DNA from: an uncultured delta proteobacterium
GTDB taxonomy: Bacteria; Desulfobacterota; Binatia; Binatales; Binataceae
Length of the DNA stretch: 64,000 nucleotides
Reading direction: 5' to 3'
NCBI GenBank assembly: GCA_963830715.1
Contig: CAWHNS010000015.1
Location: forward strand, 3,023 to 67,022
Positions 31,199 through 42,659 of the stretch are shown piece after piece (position 1 is the stretch's first letter; each line of letters starts with the position of its first letter). A program made the position numbers and the translations under genes. Under the pieces are notes generated by a model. It did not search any database and was not told where the DNA came from. It was given only the letters and a program-made list of their open reading frames with translations.

Positions 31199-31984
31199 TC
31201 ACTGGGTATAATAATAAGTGAAGACCACGGCGAAGACTAGGCTCGAAGCACGATCGAGCAGTCCGCCGTGTCCGGGGAAAATCCATCCCGAATCCTTGAC
31301 TCCCGCGACCCGCTTGTAGGCCGAATTGGCGAGATCGCCCACCTGCGCCATCGCGCCGATAGCGCACGAGATGATGGCCCGGCTCGACAGCGGCCAGTCC
31401 GGCACCAGCAGGCTGCCGATTAGCACTCCGGCAACGACCGACAGAAAAAGCCCTCCGACCGCGCCTTCCACAGTCTTGTTGGGACTCACCCTCGGCAAGA
31501 GCTTGATCCGCCCCAGGAATCGGCCCGCGAAATAGGCTCCCGTGTCACTCGCGATCACGACGAACAGCATCAGCAGGAGAATTTCGATACCGCCCGCGCG
31601 GGCTCGAAGCAGCGCGAAGTATGGGAACATCACCCCAACGTATAGAGCGCCGAGTATCGTCAACGGCGTACCTTCTCGACTGTCGTCGGCGCCGGTGACG
31701 GCGACCATAGCGACCAATGCCAGCATCGCCGCACCCACCGAGGCCGCTGCGATGCGGCTTCCGCGTCCGCCGTAAAGGAAGAACGCGGCCGGCGTCGCGC
31801 CGGCGAGCATCAGGAGCACGATCGGCAGCGGGCGGCGCACGCCGGTCATCAGCCCAATCTCGTAGAGCCCCACCCCGGTAAGCGCGGCGATAACCCCGCT
31901 GAACAGCCAGGCGGGAGCGAGCACCACCAGCGCCAGTACCGCAGGCAGCGCGACCAGGGCGGTCCAGAGCCTAGTTCGCAGCAC
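31199..31984 (-). CDS. cdsA: Phosphatidate cytidylyltransferase
   Basis: SDTGAYF, SPNKTVEG, KDSG..FPGHGGLLDR. Confidence 0.94.
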   Translation of the reverse strand: MLRTRLWTALVALPAVLALVVLAPAWLFSGVIAALTGVGLYEIGLMTGVRRPLPIVLLMLAGATPAAFFLYGGRGSRIAAASVGAAMLALVAMVAVTGADDSREGTPLTILGALYVGVMFPYFALLRARAGGIEILLLMLFVVIASDTGAYFAGRFLGRIKLLPRVSPNKTVEGAVGGLFLSVVAGVLIGSLLVPDWPLSSRAIISCAIGAMAQVGDLANSAYKRVAGVKDSGWIFPGHGGLLDRASSLVFAVVFTYYYTQ

Positions 31985-32756
31985 GCAGGCGGTGGTTGGA
32001 ACCGCTCTCGAGCGATCCGAACCGCCGCTCGCGCATCTGATAGGCGGAGAGCGCGCTCAGGAACTCGCGTTCGCGGAAGTCAGGCCATAGCGTTTCGGTG
32101 AAATACAGCTCGGTGTAGGCAAGCTGAAAAAGAAAGAAATTGGAGAGCCGCAGCTCCCCCGAAGTCCGAATCAGCAGGTCCGGATCGGGCAAGCCGGCGG
32201 TGTCGAGCCGCGAGGCGACCGCGTGCTCGTCGATCTGATCTGGGGCGACGATCCCCGCCGCGACATCGAGCGCGATTCGTCTCGCGGCGCGCGCCAGGTC
32301 CTGACGTCCGCCGTACGACAACGCCAATGCGACCGTCAGTTCGCGGTTCTGTGAGGTCAGCTCCACGGTCTCGGCGAGGGCGCGCCTGACCTGGAGCGGG
32401 AGGCGTTCGGTGTCTCCGAGCGCGACCACTTTGATGCCGCGCTTCATCATGCGCTTGGTCTCGGTCATGAGGTAGCGATGGAAGAGCTGCATCAGGAAGC
32501 GCACTTCGGTGTTGGGACGCAGCCAGTTTTCGTTCGAGAACGCGAAGAGCGTCAGATACGGGATGCCCAGCTCGCGCGCGGCCTCGACCACCGCGCGGAC
32601 CGAGTCTTTGCCGCGGCGATGGCCCTCGGAGCGGGCCAGCCCGCGATGCGTGGCCCAGCGCCCGTTACCGTCCATCACGATCGCGACGTGACGGGGCAAT
32701 CGCGCCGGATCAAGCGAGAGATTGGGGAATTCGTCGAGTGGGAGTGATGTGGCCAC
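31971..32756 (-). CDS. uppS: Undecaprenyl diphosphate synthase
   Basis: HVAIVMDGNGRW, FSNENW, IRTSGELRLSNF. Confidence 0.96.
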   Translation of the reverse strand: MATSLPLDEFPNLSLDPARLPRHVAIVMDGNGRWATHRGLARSEGHRRGKDSVRAVVEAARELGIPYLTLFAFSNENWLRPNTEVRFLMQLFHRYLMTETKRMMKRGIKVVALGDTERLPLQVRRALAETVELTSQNRELTVALALSYGGRQDLARAARRIALDVAAGIVAPDQIDEHAVASRLDTAGLPDPDLLIRTSGELRLSNFFLFQLAYTELYFTETLWPDFREREFLSALSAYQMRERRFGSLESGSNHRLRAAN

Positions 32757-32813
32757 TTGATATCGCTGACGATTGGCGCGTCGCGCCGGCCCGAAGTCTC
32801 GGTTCGACCCCGG

Positions 32814-33370
32814 CTAGACCTCCATGATCTCCGCTTCCTTGGCGGCAAGCACCTTGTCGAGCCTTTCGATGAATTCAGTGGTGAATTGTTGCACGCGGGC
32901 TTCGGCGGTGTGCAGGTCGTCGTCGGCGATTTTCTTCTCCTTGTGCAGGTCGCGCAACATCTCGTTCGCGTCGCGGCGATGGTTGCGCACGGAGACCCGG
33001 AAGTCCTCGGCCATCTTGCGTACGTGCTTGACGAGTTCCTTGCGCCGTTCTTCGGTGAGTTCCGGAATCGGAATCCGGATCACCTTGCCGTCATTCATCG
33101 GAGTCAGTCCGAGGTCGGAAGTCTGGATCGCTTTTTCGATCTCGTGAGTCGCGCCCTTGTCGTAGGGCGTTATGACGAGCAGGCGGGGTCGGGCGCGGCC
33201 AGCCCCGCCAACTGTCTTAGCGGGGTCTTCGCGCCGTAGTAGTTGACGTGCAATCCCTCCAGCAGCGCGGTTGACGCCCGCCCGGTCCGGACCCGCGACA
33301 ACTCGTGCCTGAAGGCCGCGACCGACTGGTCCATCTCGTGGCGCGCCAATTCGATCACGTCGTCTTTCAT
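32814..33370 (-). CDS. frr: Ribosome recycling factor, frameshifted
   Basis: RTGRAS, NDGKVIRIPIPELTEERRKEL. Confidence 0.93.
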
Positions 33371-33377
33371 TCGACTT

Positions 33378-34133
33378 TCAGGGCAGTGGACCGCTCTCCA
33401 CCCATGTACCGACGGTTTCTCCGAGCACAGCCCTTCTTATATTACCCGGCTTGCGCAAATTCAAAACCACGATCGGCAGCCGGTAGTCCATGCACATGGA
33501 AATCGCGGTCGAGTCCATCACTTTCAGGCTGCGCTGGAGGACCTCGAGGTAAGTGAGGCGATCGAAGCGTTTGGCTGAGGAATCGTTCGCCGGATCGCGG
33601 TCGTAAACGCCGTCCACGTGATGGCTGGCCTTCAGGATGATCTCCGCGCCGATCTCCATCGCGCGCAGGCTCGCGGCGGTGTCGGTGGTGAAGTAGGGAT
33701 TGCCGGTGCCGGCGGCGAAAATCACCGTCCGGCCCTTTTCCAGATGGCGCACCGCGCGCCGCCGGATGTAGGGCTCGCACAGCGCCTGCATCTCGATCGC
33801 CGAGAGCACCCGCGTGCTGACTCCCAGTTGCTCCAGGGCGTTTTGCAGGGCGAGCGCATTGATCACCGTCGCGAGCATCCCCATTTGATCGGCGGTCGCG
33901 CGATCCATCCCGCGGGCTTCATAATCGCTGCCGCGCATGATGTTCCCCGCGCCGATCACCATCGCGGTCTGCACGCCCAGATCGAGGACCTGCTTGACCT
34001 CCAGCGCGACGTACCCAACTGCGTCGAGGTCGATCCCGCTGCCCTCGGCCGGCGCCAGCGCCTCCCCGGAGAGCTTCAGGAGGATTCGACGGAAGCGCGG
34101 CTTGGCGGGAGAGGGGCTCTGGACTTCGCCCAT
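33378..34133 (-). CDS. pyrH: UMP kinase
   Basis: [25 protein letters not shown]. Confidence 0.97.
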   Translation of the reverse strand: MGEVQSPSPAKPRFRRILLKLSGEALAPAEGSGIDLDAVGYVALEVKQVLDLGVQTAMVIGAGNIMRGSDYEARGMDRATADQMGMLATVINALALQNALEQLGVSTRVLSAIEMQALCEPYIRRRAVRHLEKGRTVIFAAGTGNPYFTTDTAASLRAMEIGAEIILKASHHVDGVYDRDPANDSSAKRFDRLTYLEVLQRSLKVMDSTAISMCMDYRLPIVVLNLRKPGNIRRAVLGETVGTWVESGPLP

Positions 34134-34181
34134 CAGATCTCGATCCCTCTAATCCAATTCCCCGGCCGGACTCGTGGTTCC

Positions 34182-34797
34182 CTAGCCTGCGGTCTTGCCG
34201 TCCAGGCCCTCGCCGAGCTGGAACCGCATGAAGCGCCGGATCTCGATCTTTCTCACCAAGCTTGCCGACGTATTCGCCGACCAGGTCCGAGATCGTGCGG
34301 TTGGGATCACGGACATAACTCTGCTCGGCCAGGCACATATCGCGGTAGAATCGCTCGAGCTTCCCCTCCACGATCTTGCTCACGATAGCCTCCGGCTTGC
34401 CCGCCGATTGCTGAGCGTAGATCTGCCGCTCCTGCTGGATCAATTCGGCGGGAAGCTCCTCGCGCCGCACGCAACGCGGATTCGCAGCCGCGATCTGCAT
34501 CGCGATTTCCTTGACCAGGGTCTGAAACTCCGGCGTCTTGGCGACGAAGTCGCTCTCGCAATTGATCTCAACCAGCACGCCCAGCTTCCCGCCGGCGTGG
34601 ATATAAGCGCCGACCGAGCCCTCCGACGCGACCCGCCCCGCGCGCCTGGCGGCCTGCGCGATACCCTTCTCGCGCAGCCAGAGCGCGGCCTTCTCCATAT
34701 CGCCGCCGCTCTCCGCCAGCGCCTTCTTGCAATCCATCACGCCTGCGCCGGTTTTCTCGCGCAGTTCCTTCACCAATTTCGCGTCGAGTTCTGCCAT
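34182..34797 (-). CDS. tsf: Elongation factor Ts (short form), frameshift near 34250
   Basis: [29 protein letters not shown]; terminal [10 protein letters not shown] in a shifted frame. Confidence 0.94.
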
Positions 34798-34901
34798 CAA
34801 TTCGCCAGTTGTACCGTTAGACCTGTGTTTCGGACTTAAGACCGCCCGCTTGTCCGCGACGCCGCGCCATGCGGCGGCGGATTAAGCTGACCAGCCGTTG
34901 G

Positions 34902-35672
34902 TTATACTGCTTGCGGCGGCTCGGGGCTCATCCCACCGTCTCCGCCGTCGGTCGCGAGATCCGCCTGGCCCTTCTGCCGCTCCTCCATCAGGCGTTTGCC
35001 CTCGATAATCGCGTCCGCGATCGCGGCCGTGAACAGCTTGATTGCGCGGATCGCATCGTCGTTGCCGGGAATCCGGTAGGCGATCAAATCCGGATCGCAA
35101 TTCGTGTCCACCACCGCCACCACCGGGATTCCGAGCCGTTGCGCCTCGGCCACCGCGATCTCTTCCTTCTTGGTGTCGATCACCCAAAGCGCGTCCGGCA
35201 GCTTGCGCATGTTCTTGATCCCGCCGAGCATCGCCATCAGCTTGCCGTGCTCGCGGCCGTTGTCGCTCATCTCTTTCTTGGTGAGCGCCTGGATCATCGC
35301 GGGATCGGCCATGACCTCTTCGAGCTTCTTGAGCCGCTCGATCGACGCCTTGATGGTCTGGAAGTTGGTCAGCATCCCGCCGAGCCATCGATTGTTGACA
35401 TAGAACATGCCGCAGCGCTCGGCTTCCTCGCGAACGATGTCCTGGGCCTGCTTCTTGGTGCCGACGAACAGCATCGTTCCTCCCTGCGCGGAGAGGTCGC
35501 GTACCACATCGTAGGCGGTGCGGAACAACTTGACGGTCTGTTGCAGGTCGATGATGTAGATTCCGTTGCGGGCGCCGAAGATGTACGGCTTCATCTTCGG
35601 ATTCCAGCGGCTGGTCTGATGGCCGAAATGAACTCCGGCCTCGAGTAGCTGCTTCATGCTGATTTCGGTCAT
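34902..35672 (-). CDS. rpsB: 30S ribosomal protein S2
   Basis: [32 protein letters not shown]. Confidence 0.97.
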   Translation of the reverse strand: MTEISMKQLLEAGVHFGHQTSRWNPKMKPYIFGARNGIYIIDLQQTVKLFRTAYDVVRDLSAQGGTMLFVGTKKQAQDIVREEAERCGMFYVNNRWLGGMLTNFQTIKASIERLKKLEEVMADPAMIQALTKKEMSDNGREHGKLMAMLGGIKNMRKLPDALWVIDTKKEEIAVAEAQRLGIPVVAVVDTNCDPDLIAYRIPGNDDAIRAIKLFTAAIADAIIEGKRLMEERQKGQADLATDGGDGGMSPEPPQAV

Positions 35673-35792
35673 AAGGCTCCTCTCACCCTCAAACTTCACA
35701 TGATAGACGGGGCGGCTTGGGGGAACAAGGTTGAGGCGTGATGCCGGTCCTCTCCACGACAGCGTCCCGCTCCCTGCAGTGGGCAGTGCTTG

Positions 35793-35827
35793 AAAAGAGC
35801 CGCGCGGCTTCCGGCGCCGCGCGGCTC
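35793..35827 (-). terminator. Intrinsic terminator after rho
   Basis: 12-bp stem GAGCCGCGCGGC (35797-35808)/GCCGCGCGGCTC (35816-35827) followed by TTTT on the minus strand. Confidence 0.65.
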
Positions 35828-35857
35828 ATGGGCATCCGGCAAAAGCGGCGCCGCGAG

Positions 35858-37233
35858 CTACGCGTTCATCGATTCGAGGAATTCTTCGTTGGTCTTGGTC
35901 TTCTCCATTTTCTCGAGCAGGAATTCCATCGCCTCGACCGCGTTGAGCTGGGAGAGCAGCTTGCGCAGGATCCAGACCCGGTTGAGCGTGCTGCGCGGCA
36001 GCAACAGCTCTTCCTTGCGGGTCGTCGATCGCAGGATATCGATAGTCGGAAAGATGCGCTTCTCGAGCAGCCTTCGATCGAGCGCGACCTGCTGGTTACC
36101 GGTGCCCTTGAACTCCTCGAAGATGACCTCGTCCATCCGGCTGCCGGTGTTGACCAGGGCGGTCGCGATGATCGTCAGGCTGCCGCCGTCCTCGGTATTG
36201 CGGGCGGCGCCGAAGAATTTCTTGGGCTTGTGCAGGGCGTTGGAGTCCACTCCGCCCGACAGGATCTTGCCCGACGGCGGCACGACGGTGTTGTAGGCTC
36301 GCGCCAAGCGGGTAATCGAATCGAGCAGGATCACCACGTCGCGGCCGTGTTCGACCAGCCGCCGGGCCTTCTCGATCACCATCTCGGCCACTTGCACGTG
36401 ACGGGTCGCGGCTCGTCAAAGGTCGAGCTTACGACCTCGCCCCTGACCGAGCGCAGCATGTCGGTGACTTCCTCGGGGCGCTCATCGACCAGCAGCACGA
36501 TCAGCACGATCTCCGGATGGTTGTGCGCGATCGCGCGCGCGATCGCCTGCAGCATCATGGTCTTGCCGGTGAACGGCGCGGCGACGATCAGCCCGCGCTG
36601 GCCTTTGCCGACCGGCGCGACCAGATCGATGATGCGCGTGGTGTAATCCTCGCGATCGTACTCGAGCTTGATCCGCTCCTGCGGATAGAGCGGCGTCAGG
36701 TTGTCGAACAGGATCTTGTCGCGGGCCCGCTCCGGCTCCTCGTAGTTGATCGACTCGACCTTCAGCAGCGCGAAGTAGCGCTCGCCTTCCTTGGGCGGAC
36801 GGATCAGGCCCGAGACCACATCACCGGTGCGCAGGTTGAACTTGCGAATCTGGCTCGGCGATATGTAGATATCGTCCGGGCCGGGCAGATAGTTGTAGTC
36901 GGGCGCGCGCAGGAAGCCGAAGCCGTCGGGCAGGATCTCCAGCACGCCTTCGCCCAGAATCGATCCGTTCTTGGCGGCCTGCGCCTGGAGGATCGAGAAG
37001 ATCATCTCCTGCTTGCGCATGTTGGTGGCGCCGTCGATATTGAAATCGCGCGCCATGTGCGCAAGCTCGGTGATCTTGGCGCCCTTGAGCGCCTTCAGAT
37101 TGAGTACCCCGGAATCGGCCAGCACCGCCGACGGACCGCCGGCCTCGTGCACGACCTGCGGCGAACCGTTGTCTGCGGTATCCGCCGGATGCTGGTGGAC
37201 TTCGCTTCGAGTCGCTCCTCTGGCCTTACCCAT
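35858..37233 (-). CDS. rho: Transcription termination factor Rho, frameshift near 36410 (alternative start 37284)
   Basis: [40 protein letters not shown]. Confidence 0.96.
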
Positions 37234-37498
37234 GTGCCTGCCCCGCAACCCTCCTCCTACTTCGTGTCGGTCTATATGATCCAAGTGTAATCAATTCGAT
37301 ATTGGTTCGAGACCTTCTCCGTTGGCAGATGCGCCGGGACCAGACTCGGCGCTTGAATCCCCGTGTGAGGCGGCGGACGGAACGTACAACTCTTAAAAGA
37401 GCCAGCACCGCGCGGCGTTCTGGAACAACTGGGTCGCTTGGAGGCGGGCGTTCTTCCGGGTCCCGCCGCATCGGATCTCTTGCGGGTTCTGATCAACG

Positions 37499-37527
37499 AA
37501 TCTAACCAAGCATCTTCAAGTTGTCAA
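37499..37527 (-). promoter_or_regulatory. Putative sigma70 promoter of rho
   Basis: TTGACA-17 nt-TAGATT, implying a 5' leader longer than 200 nt. Confidence 0.6.
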
Positions 37528-37533
37528 CCACTC

Positions 37534-38505
37534 CTACTCCGCGTCTACCCAGCGCCGGATCGCTGCCTCTCCAGTCTGCAGACCACGCGCCTCAAGGAAC
37601 GAACCAAAGTCCCGCCCGAGCGGAGCGATGAATTCAAGCCGCTCCTCGCTCAGCGGATGGTTCAGCCGCAGTGCTAGCGCGTGCAGCGCCTGGCGCCCGA
37701 ATCCGACGCCCGGCCCGGCAGGCTTTGCGCCGCCATAAAGCTTATCGCCGAGGCAGGGATGCCCGATGGAGGCGAGGTGCACCCGGATTTGATGAGTCCT
37801 CCCGGTCTCAGGCCGCACCCGCACCAGCGTCACCCTATCGCCGGCGAAACGGACCAGCACGCTGACATGACTCACTGCCTCGCGCGGCGCCCTCGATCGT
37901 ATGGACATCCGGTTGCGCTCGCGCGGATGGCGCCCGACCGGCCGCGCAATCGTTATCTCGTCTCGCGTCACGGTTCCCTCAACCAGCGCTAGATAGATCT
38001 TGCGCACCGCGCGCTCCTTGAACTGCCGCGCGAGGGCCGCGCGCGCGAACACTGTACGCGCCACCACCATCACGCCCGTGGTGTCCTTGTCCAGCCGATG
38101 GACGATGCCCGGGCGGAACACGCCGTCGGGATCGGCAATCGCCGCGAGCTCCGGGAAGCGGGCGAGCAGCGCATCGACCAGGGTGGCGCCGCGATGATCC
38201 GGAGCCTCGTGCACCACCATCCCGGCCGGCTTGTTGACCACGATCAACTCGTCATCGGCGAACAGCACTTCGATCTCAGGGGCAGGGGCCGGAGGCCGGG
38301 GAGGCACTGTCGCAAGCGGCGGCGGCGCAATCTCGATCCGATCGCCGCCTCGAAGCAGGCTCGCAGCGCGCGCCGCCGCGCCGTTCACGGTGACCAGGCC
38401 CGCTTTGATCATTCGCCCGATCTGCGATCGCGACTGGGCCGGTCCGAGTTGTCCGGTCAGAAAAGCGTCGAGACGGACGCGAGGATGCTCCCGCTCGACC
38501 GTCAT
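37534..38505 (-). CDS. rluD: RluA/RluD family pseudouridine synthase
   Basis: S4 domain, VNKPAGMVVH, HRLDKDTTG, TGRTHQIRVH. Confidence 0.9.
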   Translation of the reverse strand: MTVEREHPRVRLDAFLTGQLGPAQSRSQIGRMIKAGLVTVNGAAARAASLLRGGDRIEIAPPPLATVPPRPPAPAPEIEVLFADDELIVVNKPAGMVVHEAPDHRGATLVDALLARFPELAAIADPDGVFRPGIVHRLDKDTTGVMVVARTVFARAALARQFKERAVRKIYLALVEGTVTRDEITIARPVGRHPRERNRMSIRSRAPREAVSHVSVLVRFAGDRVTLVRVRPETGRTHQIRVHLASIGHPCLGDKLYGGAKPAGPGVGFGRQALHALALRLNHPLSEERLEFIAPLGRDFGSFLEARGLQTGEAAIRRWVDAE

Positions 38506-38570
38506 AATGCGCGGAACGAAATCCTTAGCGGGCGGACCGGCAGTCGGAGATGTGCCTGAATCGTCGCGCT

Positions 38571-39020
38571 CTAGCCGCCTTTTCTGATCAGCCTGATCTC
38601 GTATCGGAACACTCTCCACTTGCCGTCTTCGTCGCGCGTGAGCGTCACTGTCTCGTTTCCCTTCTTTGCGCTGAAGGCGCTCCGATAGTTCACCAGCACG
38701 TATTGCCCGTCAGGCGCGCCCCTGACGGAACCGGTGGACTGCGCGGACTCGAATTTCCTCGACACCAGAGTGCCGAACCGCTTGCGCTCGGTGGAGATCA
38801 GGCTTGCCCACGACTCCTTGTTGACGATGTTCTTGGTAGGAGTGGCGAGTGCGTCCCAGGTCTCGTTGTACTTGCCGTCGTCGAGCAGCGGGAGAAACGA
38901 CGTCGCGATTTCAATCGTCTCCGGCGGCGCAGGACCCTCTTCTTCGACCCTTGCCGCGCTGCAAACGGCTATCGGAACCAGAACCGCCAACATCGAAGCG
39001 AGAAACCTGATCTTGGTCAC
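38571..39020 (-). CDS. DUF4019-like exported protein
   Basis: Signal peptide; LLDDGKY..W, GAPDGQYV..Y.S.F, ETVTL..DGKWRV. Confidence 0.75.
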   Translation of the reverse strand: MTKIRFLASMLAVLVPIAVCSAARVEEEGPAPPETIEIATSFLPLLDDGKYNETWDALATPTKNIVNKESWASLISTERKRFGTLVSRKFESAQSTGSVRGAPDGQYVLVNYRSAFSAKKGNETVTLTRDEDGKWRVFRYEIRLIRKGG

Positions 39021-39042
39021 AGACTCTATTCCTTCCTTGCGC

Positions 39043-39648
39043 TCAGAATTGCCGGTACGGCTCCGGATGACGCGACTCGAAGGCCGCGATCTTATCTTCG
39101 TGCAGCAGCGTCATCGCGATTTCGTCGAGGCCCTCGACGAGGCACTTTTTCTGGAACGGATCGATCTCGAACCGCACCGACAATCCGAACTCGTCGCTAA
39201 CGTGCTGCCCGGCAAGGTCGATGCTGAGCCGATAGCCTTCCCGGCGCTCGACGGCGTCAAAAACTGCCGCCACCTCTTTCGCCGGCAGCGTTATCGGCAG
39301 CATCCCGTTCTTGAAGCAGTTATTGCGAAAGATATCGGCGAAGGACGGCGCGATTACCGCCCTGAACCCGAAATCGTCGAGCGCCCAGACCGCGTGCTCG
39401 CGCGAACTACCCGATCCGAAGTTGGGGCCGGCAACCAGGATCGAGGCGCCTCGATAGCGCAGCGCGTTCAGCACAAAATCGGGATTCTCGGTTCCGTCCG
39501 GCCGAAGGCGCCAATCGAAGAACAGTCCGCGCTTCAGGCCGGTCCGCACCACGGCCTTCAGGAACTGCTTGGGGATAATCTGGTCGGTATCGACGTTCGA
39601 CCGATTGAGCGGAGCCACCAAGCCCGTGAAATTCCGAAATGCGCGCAT
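39043..39648 (-). CDS. leuD: 3-isopropylmalate dehydratase small subunit
   Basis: [24 protein letters not shown]. Confidence 0.97.
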   Translation of the reverse strand: MRAFRNFTGLVAPLNRSNVDTDQIIPKQFLKAVVRTGLKRGLFFDWRLRPDGTENPDFVLNALRYRGASILVAGPNFGSGSSREHAVWALDDFGFRAVIAPSFADIFRNNCFKNGMLPITLPAKEVAAVFDAVERREGYRLSIDLAGQHVSDEFGLSVRFEIDPFQKKCLVEGLDEIAMTLLHEDKIAAFESRHPEPYRQF

Positions 39649-39724
39649 TATCTACTCAGCAGCTATTGACGTTGGAACGCCGTAATTCTTCACGGTTCGC
39701 GTCTCTGAACCGTATGCCATGCTT

Positions 39725-41143
39725 CTACGTTCGGGTAACCCAGTTGCGGACGTCCACGAAATGACCCTCGATCGCCGCCGCGGCTGCCATCTGCGGGCTG
39801 ACCAGATGCGTACGGCCGCCCTTTCCCTGGCGGCCCTCGAAGTTCCGGTTCGATGTACTCGCACACCGCTCACCGGGCATCAAGATGTCCGGGTTCATTC
39901 CCAGGCACATGCTGCATCCCGACTCGCGCCACTCGAAGCCGGCTTCCGTGAAGATCCGATCGAGGCCCAGCCGCTCGGCCGCGGCCTTCACCTGTTGCGA
40001 GCCCGGCACGACCATCGCATGCACCCCGGTCGCAACCTTGCGGCCCTTCACAATCCGGGAAGCTGCTTCCAGGTCTGTCAGGCGCGAGTTGGTGCACGAC
40101 CCGATAAAGACCCGCTCGATTCTGATGTCCTCGATCGGCGTCCCGGGCCTGAGGCCCATGTACTCCAGAGCACCGGCAGCCGCGCGCCGCTGGTTGGGAT
40201 CCGCGAAGCCGGCGGGGTCGGGAACCTTGCCCGTCACTTCCGCCACCTGCGCCGGATTCGTGCCCCACGTGACCTGCGGCGCAAACTTCGCGGCGTCGAA
40301 GCTGATAGTGCGATCGAATTTCGCACCCTGGTCGGTGGCAAGCGCGAGCCAGCTCCGGGCGAGTTTCTCGAATCCGGCCCCATCGCCATCGACCAGGTAT
40401 TTGCGTCCGCGCAAGTACTCCACCGTGGTCGCGTCCGGCGAGACCATCCCGGCGCGCGCGCCACCCTCGATCGACATGTTGCATACCGTCATCCGCTCTT
40501 CCATCGAGAGGTTCTCGATCGCCGAGCCGCGATATTCGATTACCTGGCCGGTGGCGCCGTCGGTACCGATCGCGCCGATGATCCCCAGGATTATGTCCTT
40601 GGCGGTGACGCCCAGAGGAAGCTTGCCGTCGACCCGGATTTCCAGCGTCCTCGGCCTGGATTGCCACAAGCATTGCGTTGCGAGCACGTGCTCCACTTCG
40701 CTTGTGCCGATCCCGAACGCGAGCGCGCCGAAGGCGCCGTGGGTCGAGGTGTGGCTGTCGCCGCACACGATTACCATCCCAGGCTGGGTCAGCCCCAGCT
40801 CTGGTCCGATTACGTGGACGATTCCCTGCTCGCGCGCGCCCAGGTCGAACAGCTTGATGCCGAACTCGCGGCAGTTGCGCCTCATCATTTCGACCTGCAG
40901 GGCCGAATCGGGATCGCTTATCGGGAGCGACTGGTCGATGGTCGGGATGTTGTGATCGAGGGTCGCGAACGTGCGCCGCGGAGCGCGCACGCTGCGCCCG
41001 GAAGTGCGCAATCCCTCGAAGGCTTGCGGCGAGGTCACCTCGTGAACCAGGTGAAGGTCGACATAAAGCAACGCCGGCCGCCCAGCTTCCTGATCCACCA
41101 CGTGGCTCGCCCAAATTTTGTCGAATAACGTCCTCGCTGCCAT
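39725..41143 (-). CDS. leuC: 3-isopropylmalate dehydratase large subunit
   Basis: [40 protein letters not shown]. Confidence 0.97.
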   Translation of the reverse strand: MAARTLFDKIWASHVVDQEAGRPALLYVDLHLVHEVTSPQAFEGLRTSGRSVRAPRRTFATLDHNIPTIDQSLPISDPDSALQVEMMRRNCREFGIKLFDLGAREQGIVHVIGPELGLTQPGMVIVCGDSHTSTHGAFGALAFGIGTSEVEHVLATQCLWQSRPRTLEIRVDGKLPLGVTAKDIILGIIGAIGTDGATGQVIEYRGSAIENLSMEERMTVCNMSIEGGARAGMVSPDATTVEYLRGRKYLVDGDGAGFEKLARSWLALATDQGAKFDRTISFDAAKFAPQVTWGTNPAQVAEVTGKVPDPAGFADPNQRRAAAGALEYMGLRPGTPIEDIRIERVFIGSCTNSRLTDLEAASRIVKGRKVATGVHAMVVPGSQQVKAAAERLGLDRIFTEAGFEWRESGCSMCLGMNPDILMPGERCASTSNRNFEGRQGKGGRTHLVSPQMAAAAAIEGHFVDVRNWVTRT

Positions 41144-41232
41144 CAGTCAAAACCCCGCTACGTCTCCCGCACTGATAAGAATATCGCGATCGCCCGTCTC
41201 CAGCCAATCGCGCAACATGAGCCTGCGCGATG

Positions 41233-42468
41233 CTACTTGATCCGCCTGGTCGGTGCGGCGCGCTCGGCGCGGGCCAGCCCGCGAGTCAGCGCGTCTTCAC
41301 CGAAACGGCGGGCGACCTCATCGATCGCACGGTTCAGACGGGATCGCCGCGACGCCCCGGCGGGCGATGGGTCGAAGAGGCCGAATTGCGTGGAGTCCGG
41401 ACGTTCCAGGTTGTGCACGTGAATCCCGGCCAGGCGAATCCTCTCGCCGGCTTTCACGCGCGAGCGCAGATTGGCCGCGGCCGCGGCGATCCGTCCGCCG
41501 TCATCGGTCGCGCGATCCAGGGAAAAAGCTCGCGTCACGATCGGATAACGCCCGCCGCCCAGCGGACGCGCGAGCTTGAGCTTGAGCGTTACAGTGCGCG
41601 CGCGAACCCCGTCGGCGCGGAGGCGCGATCCGACCGCCTCGCCATGGGCGATAAGCGTGCGCTCGAGTTCGAGCGAATCGATCGCGACGTCGCGCTCGAA
41701 GGTGTTTTCCTCTCCATAGGATTTGCGCTGCCAATCCGCGACGACCGGTCGCGCGTCGCGTCCGTTAGCGAGATCATTAAGATGCGCGCCGATCGAGCCG
41801 AGGCGCGATACCAGTTCAGCGGGATCGAAGCGCGCCAACTCGCCGGCGGTTTTAATTCCGGCGGCGTGCATCCGCTCCAACATCACGCGTCCGACGCCCC
41901 AGAGCCTTTCGACGGGAAGCGGCTCGAGGAAGTCGCGGACGTGTTCCGGCCCCAGGCTCAGAAGCCCGTCGGGCTTCGACATGTCGCTCAGGATTTTCGC
42001 GACCATCTTGGTCGGCGCCAGTCCGACCGAAACGACCAACCCGGTCACCTCGCGCATCCGGAGCTTCAGCGCGCGCGCCACATCGAGCGCCGGGCCGAGC
42101 AATTTCCCGGTTCCGGTCAGATCGATAAACGCCTCGTCGAGCGAGAGCGGCTCGACCACCGGACTGAAGCTCTCGAAGACCTTGCGCACCTCGCGCGAGA
42201 TTTCGACGTAACGCGCCATCCGGCCGGGAACGAAGACGCCGTTGGGGCATAGTTCGCGGGCTTGCGCGGTCGGCATCGCGGATCGCACGCCGAATTTCCT
42301 CGCCTCATACGACGCCGAAGTGACGACTCCTCGCCGGCTGCTCCCGCCGACAATCACTGGCTTTCCGCGCAGCTCGGGATGGTCGAGAATTTCGACCGAG
42401 GCGTAAAACGCGTCCATGTCCGCGTGTGCGATCACGCGCGCCCATGGCTTCCGAGATGGACTATTCAT
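41233..42468 (-). CDS. dinB: DNA polymerase IV
   Basis: HADMDAFYASVE, SYEARKFGVRSAM, SLDEAF. Confidence 0.93.
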   Translation of the reverse strand: MNSPSRKPWARVIAHADMDAFYASVEILDHPELRGKPVIVGGSSRRGVVTSASYEARKFGVRSAMPTAQARELCPNGVFVPGRMARYVEISREVRKVFESFSPVVEPLSLDEAFIDLTGTGKLLGPALDVARALKLRMREVTGLVVSVGLAPTKMVAKILSDMSKPDGLLSLGPEHVRDFLEPLPVERLWGVGRVMLERMHAAGIKTAGELARFDPAELVSRLGSIGAHLNDLANGRDARPVVADWQRKSYGEENTFERDVAIDSLELERTLIAHGEAVGSRLRADGVRARTVTLKLKLARPLGGGRYPIVTRAFSLDRATDDGGRIAAAAANLRSRVKAGERIRLAGIHVHNLERPDSTQFGLFDPSPAGASRRSRLNRAIDEVARRFGEDALTRGLARAERAAPTRRIK

Positions 42469-42659
42469 GCCCCTGACGCCTGCCAATAGGCGCCCACATC
42501 ACCAAACTGCTGCTCAAGGGCTTTGACTTCGGCTAATGGATGTTGTATCGAGCTGGCTTGGAGTCGGCGAATCCTCCGAGAGGCTTTGAGTCGGGCGAGT
42601 TCAGCCGCATGCCATATCAGAAGCGTGGCAAAAACATAGGATCGCTCATCACCGGCTTG

